Assembly (NCBI RefSeq): GCF_964355755.1
Contig: NC_092679.1
Coordinates: 24,900,432 to 24,964,431 of the forward strand
From: Antedon mediterranea
Lineage: Eukaryota; Animalia; Echinodermata
DNA length: 64,000 nt
Direction: 5' to 3'
Shown: piece after piece, positions 25,257-38,217 of the stretch
How the letters are laid out: each line of letters begins with the position of its first letter
Position numbering within the stretch: position 1 is the stretch's first letter
The notes under the pieces: model-generated
The model's database searches: none
What the model was told of the DNA's origin: nothing
Seen by the model: only the letters and a program-made list of their open reading frames with translations
Program-made: the position numbers and the translations under genes

Positions 25257-27310
25257 TATAGTAATATTACAAGCTGTACTAGAAATAAAATGATATACTT
25301 TTAATATAGACCAAACGGGATAATTATTTGTTTTATGGTATATATTTGAAATTAGCCCATACTGTACTACATTTTTGCAATTAGTACCTTTTTTCTATTG
25401 CTGGATAACAGGCTTATTAGATGCTACATAAGACTGATAGATGTTTCATGTTTCTTGGTGTGTACTTTTGCATAATTTAAAATGAAATTCATCCATCTCT
25501 GTTAAATGCAGTTATTTTAAGTAGCAGCTAGTGTTGCTCGTCAGATTGTCTCCTATCAATCTAGCTTTTTATATCCCATTGCCTTATTTTTAATGTATTT
25601 TCAGTTTTATTGCATAATTCTGTTTTTAGGCTAATGGCCAGCAATTCTGCATTGTGGAGTAGGACATTAGTGAATGTGTCATGGATGGGTTGGTTTTTTT
25701 TTTTTAGTCATTGTTAATTCATCCTAGACTGTTTCCTCCTGATTCCAATGCAATAAGTATAAAAATATGTATCTATGACTATACAGAATATTTCATTTGT
25801 ATTTATAGTTATTTAGTTATTTTGAGATACTCACTAACAAAGAAACAATTGTTTTAATCAACAATTCAATACATTGATGTGCAGCAGCATTTCACTTTCT
25901 TGTCAGTATTATAATTTACAACTTTGTTTGTTCATACAGCCTTACACATTGGAATGCAATGCATACAAATTAAATATGTATCATTTCTTATTTCTACTTA
26001 TAGTCTGAAAATTACACACAGAAAATTCAACATATACAATATTTTCTATATTCTTAGTTATTTATTGCACAAACAATATCAGTTACCCATAATTTTAATA
26101 TCAACAATAAATAATAAATATAATTCTAATGATTTTTTTAAAAAACTTGTCAGATTAAAATATAGATTATTTATAGGCAGCTATTTTTAACTGTGAATTT
26201 TAAATTGCCATAACAAGTTGTTTTAACTTCAGAGGTTTTTATTAGCATATAATACTCCTGCTGTACAAGATTCTTTTTGTCACTGGAGTTTTACTAATTA
26301 TATCCTGTACCATGATATAAGGTATAACAATTAATTGCCTATACTTTGTACACTGTTTCCTAATTGATGTATGTTTTAAGAGGAATACGTACAATAAAAA
26401 TATCTATCTAGCCTTACAAGTAATAATTACTCTGAAAAGATTAATTTTCTGTGTCAAATTTAATGGCCCATCACTTCAATTTGTTCCTACTGTAAATGGT
26501 AGTTTTGCAAATGCACACACAATACTGACGTAGCATTATGATGGGTGACATAAGACTATAGATTGTTGTTTAATCCTAATAGTTTTACTTTCCATTGATT
26601 TAAAGTAATGCATAACTGCTGCACATCTCAATGACATAAATTAATTTCTTTTCTTGATATTTATAACCGATGATAATAAGCCAAATCGAACAAAGCATGT
26701 GATTTGTATAAGCCTGAACAAGTAATAATTGATAGTTTAGTTTGAGTATCTTTTGAATTAATTTATTAGTATTCATACACATTCACATCCTGGTTTCATC
26801 GTTGAACCTACTATCAGTATCAGTCAATTTAAAATTTAAACTAAAAAATGAAAGAAAAAACACAAAGGTGATTTTAACCTTCAGTCGAACACCAACCCAT
26901 GAAAAGACACAACCACAATTAGCAGGCTAACAGCATACCTGTACCTTAGGCTTACGACAGTGAATTAGCTAAACGTCAAATGTATTTTCAGGTTTTTAAA
27001 TTTTTTTAAAATGTATTCTGCTTCTACTAGTAGAAGTATGCCATTCTATCCTTCCTAGTATTTTTATTCCTCTATATTGTAAATAAAAAAAAGGCGAGGT
27101 CATTCAGGCCATCATAATAGTATCTTGATAAATAAAACAAACCTATATTAATTTGTTATCAAAGTAACTTTATATTAACAAAGTAGTAAATGGCAAATAT
27201 TTTTCTCATATATTCCAATATTACAGTACGGTGTGTCCTTTTAAGAATTAAAATACTTTCAAGTTGAAATCGATTTAAATATTTTAACTTTTTCTTACAG
27301 GTTTGAAAAA

Positions 27311-30300
27311 ATGTCTGTGGACTACACGAAACAGAAGTGCCTTGTGTGCGGAGACAAGGCAAGTGGTCTCCACTACACTGTCATCTCCTGTGAAAGTTGC
27401 AAGAGTTTTTTTGGCAGGAAGATTAAAAGCAAAGCAAAGTTTACATGTGAAGCTAATGGAAACTGTGTGATGGATTTGTACACACGTCGTCATTGTCCTG
27501 CTTGTCGTTTAAAAAAATGTCTTGATGTAGGAATGAAACCAGAACGTAAGATTTGTTCTCTGTACTTCTGTTTATTTAAAATCCGTTCTCTTGAATAATA
27601 ACTGCCTAAAGGCACATCTAAAAAAAATAATAATTTTATTTATCATCATTTCTTTTTTTCTTAACTATTAAAGTAAAACTTTCAGTTCACAATCCAACTA
27701 TTCTTGCTACAAAATGTTTTTGCCAACTGAGGGTGGTGTTCAGGTGTACTTGTTGAAATTCATATTTCAGAGTTCAATGATTTCTAGTATCACCAAATCC
27801 CTTCGGATGTTATTTATAGTGTTCTGGCGTAATTCCCGAACTGACAACCACCAAGCACATTCCATGTCAATTAATAATGTTTATGAAGGTAGTTTAGTTA
27901 ATTGATTTTCATCAAAAGAATATTGTTATTGTATAATGATAATAATAATAATAATGATAATAACATTTTCAAAACATTTGTATATAATTCTTTAGGTTAA
28001 ACCAGTATTGATACGTGTGCGACGTTTCGACTTGTTGACCAGATTTGGAAAGTCGAAACGTTACGCACATATCTACAATATACTGGTTAAATAACGTAAA
28101 GAATGAATACAGATAATAATAACATTGATAATTATACAGTAATTTAGATTATCTTATTTTAGTCTTGCGTTTAACCATTCAATTTCATTGACGGCAAAAG
28201 CTACTTATTTTTATGAATTAAATTGCAACAACTATGTTAAAATAGAAAGATCACTACTAGGTAATATTTCTTTTCTTGTTTAACTTGGTTATTATATGAT
28301 TGGAAATAAAAACCTTGAACTTTTAAACTGAGTAGTAAGTAGCTGTAGTACTAGTAGAATTCTATTGTTAAATACATGGGACTTCCATGATTGCTTTCAC
28401 AATCATATGGGCTTGTCAGTTCCTGTATCTTATTATTTAGATTTACTACAACTACCTGGAAATCCTGAATTTATAGAAGCATATATACCTGGAATTTACT
28501 CTTATCTCAAAGCATCTGCTGCTTTAATTTTTTTGCAAATCATTTGGTAAAAACTATAACCAGTAAAAGATAGTTGTAGTTACTTTTAATGATCAACACC
28601 TACGAATAAAGTAACATTTACATATAAATAATGTTTATTGTTTAAAGGTTTACATTGGTAAATATAAATATATTTTACAATGGAAACGAATTGAAACATT
28701 TTTTTAATATCCTGTAGGTGTTTGGGATGAGAAAAGGCTTGAAACTCGTAAGCCTTTAGAAAGAAAGAACAAAAAGAAACAAAACCATCAACAACAACAG
28801 CAACAACAAGCACACCAACAGCAGCAACTTCAACAGCAATCTCCACAGCAGACTGTTAGCCCTCAACCATGTCAAGGCCCTGTCAATTCCATACAAACAA
28901 TGAGAGATGAAAAGTTTCCTAAATTGTTGCCAGACCAAGAAGAACTTATACGCTGCTTAGAAAAGGCTAAAGTTTCTGCAAAAACATCAAATAAAGTTCA
29001 TCAAGTATGTAATTATTTTTGTTAGGATTATAAAAGATTAAACCATTTTGTTATCGACCACATTTCTGCTAACAGTAAAGTTCTTCCTAAAAACATTTAC
29101 ATCAGTGGGTGGTTGTCAATGAAAACATTACCCAAAATGCAAATGGCTCATTTTAATTATTAAATTTGTTTTAGATTTTTATATACTGTATTCGTAATCT
29201 ATATTTGGAAAGCTTTATTAAATGAGAGGTTATTTATTTATTGGTTTATTAATATGACGAAAACATTCTAGCTCATGAAATCTTTTTTGGCAGCAGTACC
29301 AATTAACAAGACAAGTCATTGGACAAAACTCCTCAATGGTGAATTTGTTGGAAAGATATCACTACAGCATGTGGTACATAATATTTATATACAAAATGTT
29401 GAAGCATTCATTTCACAAAACTATGTTGTCATATGAAATACACATCAATTATTACTGTTTTTTGCAGCCTAATGGTAGATTTGATGAAATTTTGGAAAAA
29501 ATGAAGACGTCATTGGATTTAGGAAGTCAAAACAGCAATGGACTTCAATCACTTTTTGGATCAAAGGGCTTTGCATTAAATGGTTTTAAACCAGATGGTA
29601 AAATGAGAATTTCAAATTCTCAAAATTGTCCTTTGAACTTGTCAATGTCTGGAGAAGATGGTATCATGAATGATGTTGATGTTACAAGAATGATGCCATC
29701 AGGTTATGTTAATGGACAAAATCATACTGGACTATCTGTAAAACAAGAAGTCATGGGCCATACTGATATTGATTGTGGAATGGGAGGTATGCCAGAGATA
29801 GACCCAAACAACCCTCCAGATTCACTTTTGTATAACATGACTCTAATGGGCTGTGTTATTCGTCAAACTGTTGCATTTACAAAAGGAATCCCAATGTTTC
29901 GAGAATTAACATATGAGGATCAGGCTGTTTTAATTAAAAACGCAATTCTTGAGGTATTAATATTAAGATGTGCAGAATGTTTTGTTCCTGAAAAGAATGC
30001 CGTTATTGACGATATTACTGGTAGTGAGTGGAGCTATGATGCAATGATGTCATCAGGATTTGGAACGTCAGCAGAACCTACACTGAAATTTGTTCAAACT
30101 GTGAATGCGATGAATTTGACAAAAGAAGAATATGCATTATTACAAGCCATAACTATAATATCACCTGGTATGTATAGTATAATATTTTTGTTCTGTTTGT
30201 TTTTTGGGGGTTTTTTTTGGTTGCCCCTAACATATGTGGACTATCTGTGTTGCTCGAGTGGCTTTAAAAATAAAACAAAAAAAACAATGATAATGTTTTC

Positions 30301-31381
30301 CCAGTGTCAAAAGTGCCTTTAGTTTACCAATACACAGCAGCTTATAACAAACAGTGAAATGTCAAGAGGATGAATGGTGTTTGATGTTGATATGGTTGTG
30401 AGTTATGTGGTTTAATCTTGTCGAAGATGAGCATAACCAAATCGCGATGTAATGCACAATCTTGTGTGAAGATTGAAACGACACAGTGCCATGCATCGTG
30501 TGCGTTATAAAGGGGGAAACCTCGGACTGCGCTGAATTTTGTTGGATAATCGTCGCGATATACTGTAACCTCCAAATTACAATGCAATTTCTGGGTACCT
30601 ATAAGTCCTGATTCCTAAAATGTTCTTACCTCAGCCCTAACCATGGTGGGGTTTGGGTACCTATAAGTCCTGATTCCTAAAATGTTCTTACCTCAGCCCT
30701 AACCATGGTGGGGTTTGGGTACCTATAAGTCCTGATTCCTAAAATGTTCTTACCTCAGCCCTAACCATGGTGGGGTTTGGGTACCTATAAGTCCTGATTC
30801 CTAAAATGTTCTTACCTCAGCCCTAACCATGGTGGGGTTTGGGTACCTATAAGTCATGATTCCTAAAATGTTCTTACCTCAGCCCTAACCATGGTGGGGT
30901 TTGGGTACCTATAAGTCCTGATTCCTAAAATGTTCTTACCTCAGCCCTAACCATGGTGGGGTTTAGTAATCTATTTTATGTTTGCTTTAAGTTCAATACG
31001 TTAATTTAGCTGTGTAGTTGTGCCACGGTTTAACAAAATAAAAAGTTTGCGGAACGCTGGCTCAGTTGGAACTGACCTTAAGTTGCCTCTTTATTTTTTT
31101 AATAAAACAGCTGCATTTTAACTTTTATCTTTACAGATCGTCCAGATCTTATGGAGAAAGAGAGAATAGAAGACATTCAGAGGCCAATGGTAATGACGTT
31201 GCAGAACTTATGTAAAATTACGCATCCAGATGACAAGCTCCTGTTTGCAAAGTTGATCATGAAATTGACAGATGTTCGAGAAGTGGTTACACGGCACATC
31301 AGTGATATTATGCAGATGAAACTTCCAGACAATCAATTTGAACAAATTTTCCCACTCATCAATGAAATATTTAGTCTTTGA
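27311..31381 (+). CDS. Nuclear hormone receptor, subfamily 1 (NR1I/NR1J-like: VDR/PXR/HR96 group; NR1H not excluded), about 488 aa
   Basis: join(27311..27545,28718..29004,29468..30167,31137..31381), all GT-AG with phases 1,0,1. C4 zinc fingers CLVCGDKASGLHYTVISCESCKSFF...CEANGNC..RRHCPACRLKKC..GM, polyQ hinge, LBD signature FTKGIPMFRELTYEDQAVLIK, SPDRP and AF-2 PLINEIF. The acceptor at 27300 implies upstream exon(s). Confidence 0.93.
27987..28104. repeat. Imperfect inverted repeat (about 55-bp arms) in nuclear receptor intron
   Basis: aaccagtattg..gtgtgcgacgtttcgactt pairs with aagtcgaaacgttacgcacat..caatatactggtt. Single-arm relatives lie at about 24670-24745 and 18300-18360. Confidence 0.7.
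30593..30964 (+). repeat. 62-bp minisatellite, 6 near-identical copies, in last nuclear receptor intron
   Basis: Unit gggtacctataagtcctgattcctaaaatgttcttacctcagccctaaccatggtggggttt, with one substitution in copy 5. Confidence 0.95.
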
Positions 31382-34300
31382 TCGCTCAAATACATATATT
31401 ACGCTTTCACTTATCTTTCTTTAAAGTAAAAACCAGATTTGTGTTTTCATTTATTTATTTAGGCCAAAACAATTTGTTAAGAGTCAACCTCTGAATAAAT
31501 TTCAGGGGTGGGAGGGTTTTTTTTTTTGGGGAGGGGGGTCTTGTTTTTCTTGACGTACTATAGGTACTTGACATTGATTTATGCTACCATTTGAAATAAA
31601 TTTACACCGACTTTTTAAAACATAAACAACTGAATCACTAATACATTTTTAACTTCAAGAAAATGTTTGGGATAATGAAATGTTATGATTTGATCATAAT
31701 ATTTTTTTTTCTTGTTTGTCATTTTCAAAAAATTACAAAAAAAAACAGAGGTGGCTCGGAAATCAAGGGAGGGTGATGACACTTAACAAGTACATATAGA
31801 TTTCTGGCCTTATTTTTTTTTTTTTTAAATAATGGAAAATTTGTTGAAATATTTCACAGGATTCAATTCTGGTTAGCTACTGTACAATTTATGAAAGAGA
31901 AGGATTCTTTCAATATAAAACTAAAAACAATGTTATTACCATGAATTGATTGTTTTTTTATGGTATGCTAAATGAAAAATAGTTCTGTACCATAAAAAAC
32001 AAATATTATACTATAAAACATTAGCAGTAACCTATAGTATTTATTTGCTGTATTTATTACTAATGAACTACTCCTTCAAATTCCATTCTGCAAATGACTT
32101 TAACATCTTAAAACACAATTGTGGATTATTTGGTATTCATGTTTATTATTTGATTCTCCTACATACATTACAACCGTCCATGCAAGTTTAAATTTGGATT
32201 ACTATATTTATTTGCACTGCAACAAATAAATTATTATTAAGAATGAAATGCAGAAGAATATCCAACCAATACTATTGGCTACTTGTTGTTTATTATATGG
32301 ATATATTTTAATAATTATAGATACATTTAATACACCATTGAACGTGCAGTCAAAATAGTAAACTATTTCAGCACAAATCAACAATGAATTTAATCTGTTT
32401 TGACTCATAATTCTCATAAATTTGATTACATTATTTTGTACATCAGAGTATTATCTAAGCAAAACACAAAGGTTTTACATACATGTACTATATACTTTGT
32501 ATGTTTCCATTCTGAAATATTTTTGTGAATTTTGTTTACATCCCACCAAGAATAAAGTATTGAAATGAAATATATTTTATTTCATAGATATGCTATTTCA
32601 AAATTTGAACAACATTTGCATTTTTTAAAGAAATATTCTTTACCATGTAATTATTAATTTCTTTTCTTAAATTTATCTTTCAAGCTTGATCTAATTTGCC
32701 TAATGTAAGTGATAATGATAAATAGATAAGCACCCATGATGTTGTATAATATACAAATATGCAGTCTTCAATGAATACAAAATGTTTATTGATTTCTGTT
32801 GACACCAACACATTCACTTGTTCCACTTTGGAATAGATATTTTACTTTTATATTTATATTATGTATATTTACCATAAGCATATGTTTTTATTTGCAGAAT
32901 TTGTTTCCAAATTTTATTAATTTCGTCCTGACCAATCAGTTGGATAATTTGCAGGTTTTTATTTTAGATTGTCTATATTTCTATTTATTGTAGCTTCTAT
33001 GATAATTCTTGCAAGAGATCTCTTCTGTTGAAATGTGCAATGGGTTTGATTCAATATTTTCACAAACATAGATTAGCTTTGAATTAATTGTAGCAGGTGG
33101 AATTAACTTAATGATTCTGGTCTGCAAATCAAAGAACATTCTCGTACGCTAATGTTGAAAAGGAACTGAAAGTAACTCAACTGGTCGATGTAAGCGCTCT
33201 TGCTCAACTAGTTCCTTTCAGTTGAGATGAGATGAGTTTTGTGTCGATGTAAGCGTACATTTAGAATTACAGTTGTGTGTACATATTTTGAAACCCATGG
33301 ATTTTATGGAGATTTGAATTATATATAAAAAATATATCAATTTATATAAACTGTGTGTTGTTTTGTTTTTATTTTCAGGTGCCATTTAAATGTTTATAGC
33401 AAAAGGCTACACAGCCTAACTTTCTTAGTGTTTACCTGTTTTACAACAATAATTGTTAGTAATTGCTTGGAAATGCTGATATAACGTTCCGCCAATTTGT
33501 TTAGAGAGAATTGTGAAATGCTTAGCATATTATAAAAAATAGCACAATTATCAAAGTAGTAATCAACAGTATTATTCACTATTTTTAAAATATAGATATA
33601 GCCTTTACTCTTGTCATTGCTGGTATACATATTTAGCAAAAGAAGTGTTCCTGTTTAAATAATTAATTCAATTTTAATGTAATGCTGCCTGCTAGTAAAA
33701 ATGATTGAATCATCTTTAGCAAATCTAGTTAAGAATTGCAAGCAATTGAAACTGAAATTCATGATTGCATGTGTACCATAGTCACGCAATTTAGTACAAT
33801 TGATTTTTGTCAGTTTGCCCAAACAGTAAAAATATTTAAATTGGTTTAATGACAACTAAACACAGGTGTATCTAAACATATTTTTGCATACTACCACAGG
33901 TGTAGTATGTGTCATTCATTTAAATAATGAGATGAAACTGTGTCAGCTTGTTTAACTACCTTACTTCAGTATCTGTTGATGCCATCATTGGTTGTGAATC
34001 ATACAGACTTAGTATTTCACATGTATCATGTATTGCTATGTAACCACATACAAATAATTGTAGCTATATATTGTAATCAATAGAAGGCATTATGATCACA
34101 ATATCTGTATTTTTGTGCATTTAAACAATTTTTCAGAATATTATGTTATAAAACAAATGATAAATGACGGTTCACCACTGATTTTATACAGTAGTTTAAA
34201 TTAAATTGTATACCATATAGCTATTGTATGCTGAAATTTCATTAATTGAATCTAGATGCATTGTACAATCAATATGTTGTATTTCAAATGTAAATGATCA

Positions 34301-35003
34301 CTTAGTCTTCTTTCTGGTCCCTATTTTCCTTTCATGTTATGTTGTTAACATGATAGTTTTATTTCAATACATAAAAACAAATTTGAATGTTATCTGTTCA
34401 ATTGTACGGTAACATGGCACTGTGTAGAGGTTTTTTATTAGATTCCTAGGTATCACTTTCGTTTATTAAAAATGCATATTATATTTCTAAGTTTAAAAGC
34501 TAGCTATAGTATCGATGTGTAACTTGTTTTGTATCATCAATTTGGTTAATTATTTTTAATTCATGATCATAATATTGTACCTATCTGCTTGCCTGTATAT
34601 TATGCCAGATTGTTCTTCATTATTGACTTTTAATCGCAAATGAAGGTTTATAAAACGCAAATTGGCCCGCATTGTGGCAAAGTTCCCGGTGCCTTATATA
34701 TAGCTGAAATGTCTGAAAATAGTGTTGTACAGGCGTAGGTGTGCATGCCCTAGGCTTCCAATTGCCTCGGGTTAAACTTACTACTTGTTTTATGTAATAA
34801 AAAAAAAGGTTATGTTATTGATGTACAGTAATTATAAAAAACACATCATGAGCATTAAAATGTTCTATTTCTTTGCATGAAATACAAACTTGTTTACTCT
34901 TATTCAATTAGTTGTAATAATGAATGTACATAAGACATAAGATTTACAACATCAAAGTGCAACTTCATTTTCACATTATTTGTTGGCCTACTAGACCACC
35001 TAC

Positions 35004-37615
35004 AAGATAAGATAAGATAAGATAACTTTTATTGATCCTCAAAAAGGAAATTCATTGCTCGTCATAATAACAAAGAAAACACTATAAAAACAAATATAGC
35101 ATAAAACCATTCATATAAAAACATCTAAAAAATTACAATATAAAATTATCTTCTTGACTTCCTGTTGTACTGGATGATACCGGAGGGAATAAAGGATTTA
35201 GCAAATCGATTTGTTTTCACACTGAGGAGCCTCAATCTACCACTTGGATTAAGTTGGTCTATGATCACTTTGTGGAGAGGATGAGAGGCATCCGACTCAA
35301 TGCGTTCGAAATCTTTCTGGAGGTGTTCTAGGTGCACATCGGTAAAGGAAGGCAGTTCCAGACCAATCATTTTACCAGCCCGACGGATGAAAGTTTCAAG
35401 GCGTCCTTTATTCCCTCCGGTAACATTACCAGCCCAACAGGAGAGGCAATACGTCCAAACACTACATATAACGGATCTATAGAACGAAAGTAACATCAAA
35501 TCACAGGAGTTAAATTTATATAAAGTTCTCATACAATACATTCTGGGACTTAATTTTTTGCTGATGAAGTCTATATGGTCTCCCCAACTCAGTTTATCAT
35601 TGAAAACAATTCCTAGATACTTGTACTGGTCAACAATTTCAATTTCTTTACCTTGAAAATTAAATTTATGTTTAGTCCTAAAATCAATGATCATCTCCTT
35701 TGTTTTTGATGCATTTATTTGGAGATAATTATCGTCACAAAATTTAACAAATCTTTGTATTTCGCTACGATAATTTTCATCATTGTTTGAAACTATGAGA
35801 CCAATAGTACTAGTGTCATCAGCGAATTTAACAACGGGGCAAAGCTCATCATTTAAAGATCTGTAATCCGCCGTATACAAGGAATATAATTTAGGTGCGT
35901 TGACAGTACCCTGAGGAACACCGGTGTCAGAGGTTACGATTTCTGACTTAACACCATTAATATTAACAAATTGTTTTCTATCACAAATGAAATTTAAAAC
36001 TAAACGAACAATCGGACGGGGAAACTCCATATTCAACATTTTGTCTGCTAAGATATGGGGTTGTATGGTATATTAAACGCAGATTGAAAATCAAAATACA
36101 TAATACGTGCCGAGTGGCCTTTCTTTACATTATCTAGATGTGAATACAATTTATGTAATTTAAAATAAATCGCATCACTGGTACTACAGAGTGATCGGTA
36201 AGCAAATTGCAACGGGTCTAACACTTTTTCAGCATAAGGTTGCATAATTTTTAAAATAATACGTTCCAATATTTTCATCGCGACAGACGTGAGTGCAGCG
36301 GGTCTCAAATCATTCATGCTGTTAATCTTAGGTTTCTTAGGTACCGGTATTATGCATGAAAGTTTCCAAATATCCGGGAACGCATGATAAGAAAGACACA
36401 TATTGAAAATAAATGTAAATATACCATCAAGGTGAGGAGAGCAGACCTTAAGTACTCGTGGTGGGATTCTATCCGGCCCAGCAGCCTTCGATGAATTGAG
36501 TTTCATGAATTTGTTATGTACATCAGAAATGCTTATACTAAATTTGGGATCATCTTCAGTCACCCGACACAAGCTAAATAGAGCCTCTCTTTCTTTTTTA
36601 AAATCATGAACATTAAAACGGTTATAAAATTCATTTAACTCATTAACATATTGCACAGTAACATTCGGAATCGAGGTGGGTGTATTACCACCGTTTGTGT
36701 AACCACTCATAAGTTTCATACCCTGCCAAACTTGTTTCATATTATTAGACCTGAAGTTATGTTCAACTTTTTTCCTATAAATGTTCTTCTGTTTCATTAT
36801 TTCAGATTTAATCTCTCTAGTCAATATTTTCATACGATTAGAGTCGCCCATCTTAAAGGCTTTACGTTTCTCACACAACAGTAATTTAACGCCTTTCGTG
36901 ATCCATGGCTTGTTGTTAGGGTAGATTTTCACTTTTTTAACTGGAACGCATTTATCAATACAAAAGTTTATGTACGAGCTCACTGCATAAGTAATACTAT
37001 TCAAATCTTCATCCTCCGTAAAAATATCCCAATCGGTAGATTCAAATTCCGCTATCAGGGCTTCCTCGGCTTCAGGAGACCATTTACGTACATTAATAAT
37101 TTTTGGTTGGCATGTCTTATTTAACGGGCGATATTTAGGACTGAGTAAAATCAAATTATGATCAGATTTGCCCAAGTTCGGTAGTGGGGTCGAAATATAG
37201 GCATCCTTCACACTAGAGTAGCATAAATCAAGAATCGCGTTGTCCCTCGTTTTACATGTAACATGCTGATAATAAGTGGCCGTTGTTTTCTTGAGCTTGC
37301 ATCTGTTGAAATCGCCATTGATAATTACAAGCGCCTCAGGGTGACTACACTCAATACCTTCGATAATTTCTGCGATCTCATTTATAGCAGGCTTTTCAAG
37401 CTTTTTGTTAGGTATGTATACCATAACATTGATAACATGCGAGAACTCTCTCGGAAGATAGTAGGGGCGAATACCAACAACCAGCACTTCCGAGTGTGGC
37501 GAACATTTATGAAGCTTAAGCGTAGAGTTATTTGGATGACAGTATTTCTCATTAATGTAGAGGCAAAGACCACCACCGCCATCTTTGTTCGCTTCGGCTG
37601 TACAATTCAATACAT
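35004..37615 (-). mobile_element. 5'-truncated non-LTR retrotransposon (Rex1/Babar- or L2-like LINE), ORF2 APE endonuclease plus reverse transcriptase
   Basis: ORFs 37622-36048 and 36039-35146 carry RPYYLPREF, GDFN, GKSDH, KAAGPD, DFQSAFN, GVPQG, FADD and YKYLG. The 3' tail is (TCTTA)n at about 35004-35025. Confidence 0.93.
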
Positions 37616-37622
37616 CAGACAC
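35146..37622 (-). pseudogene. LINE ORF2 (EN-RT), N-terminally truncated, with a single 2-bp frameshift near 36070
   Basis: Minus strand reads gcg ttt aat [at] acc ata caa ccc cat atc tta gca gac aaa atg. Removing AT restores AFNTIQPHILADKM and fuses the two ORFs. Confidence 0.88.
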
Positions 37623-38217
37623 ATGAAATAATAATACAATACTGTATTATTAAATTGACAATATATACCTATTTAGGCATGTATCACCCACTAATGTAAC
37701 AATCAACAAATGTAACATTAACCACTAATGTAACAATTTAATTTACCAGTAACATAACAACAACCATTTACCCACTATTTTGACCTTTTGTGAAAAGATT
37801 TTTGTAAATTGGAAATCTCTGTGTTGTTGTGGAACTTTTTCTGGTATCATGTCTGATTGCAGACGTTGATGATCTTTGTTCTCCAGAGTTCCTCTGATAT
37901 GCAGTTTGAATGAAATTGCTGTTGCTGAGCTGAGTGTTATTGATAGTTAATTATTTTTAATTCACAATATTTTACCTCCTATCTGCTTGATGCCTGTATA
38001 CTATGCCAAGAAGGGTTTTAGACTTTTAATACGTAATATAATGTGTTGGTTAAAACATTAGAGAATTAATTAATGGACAGAGAGACACTCGGACAAACAG
38101 ATGATCACGCAAACAAAAAATAGGCTGAAGATTAAAATTTAAAGATTGATATTCAAGCTCAAGTTAAGACCAATTGAAGGACACAACCCAAGAGTTGAAG
38201 ATTTTAGTTTAGTTTAA

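Noticed and set aside
350-27300. The many 60-110 aa ORFs in the first 27 kb
   Set aside because: AT-rich random or TE-derived frames with no recognisable domain or exon chain.
28586-28938. Hydrophobic minus-strand ORFs
   Set aside because: Antisense shadows of the polyQ-coding receptor exon.
29336-29467. N-terminal 44 codons and C-terminal tail of the 328-aa ORF as coding
   Set aside because: Intron read-through. The acceptor at 29467 and donor at 30168 bound the true exon.
36040-36075. Programmed ribosomal frameshift between the two LINE ORFs
   Set aside because: The break is inside the conserved RT motif (AFNTI) and is explained by a 2-bp AT duplication. There is no slippery heptamer.
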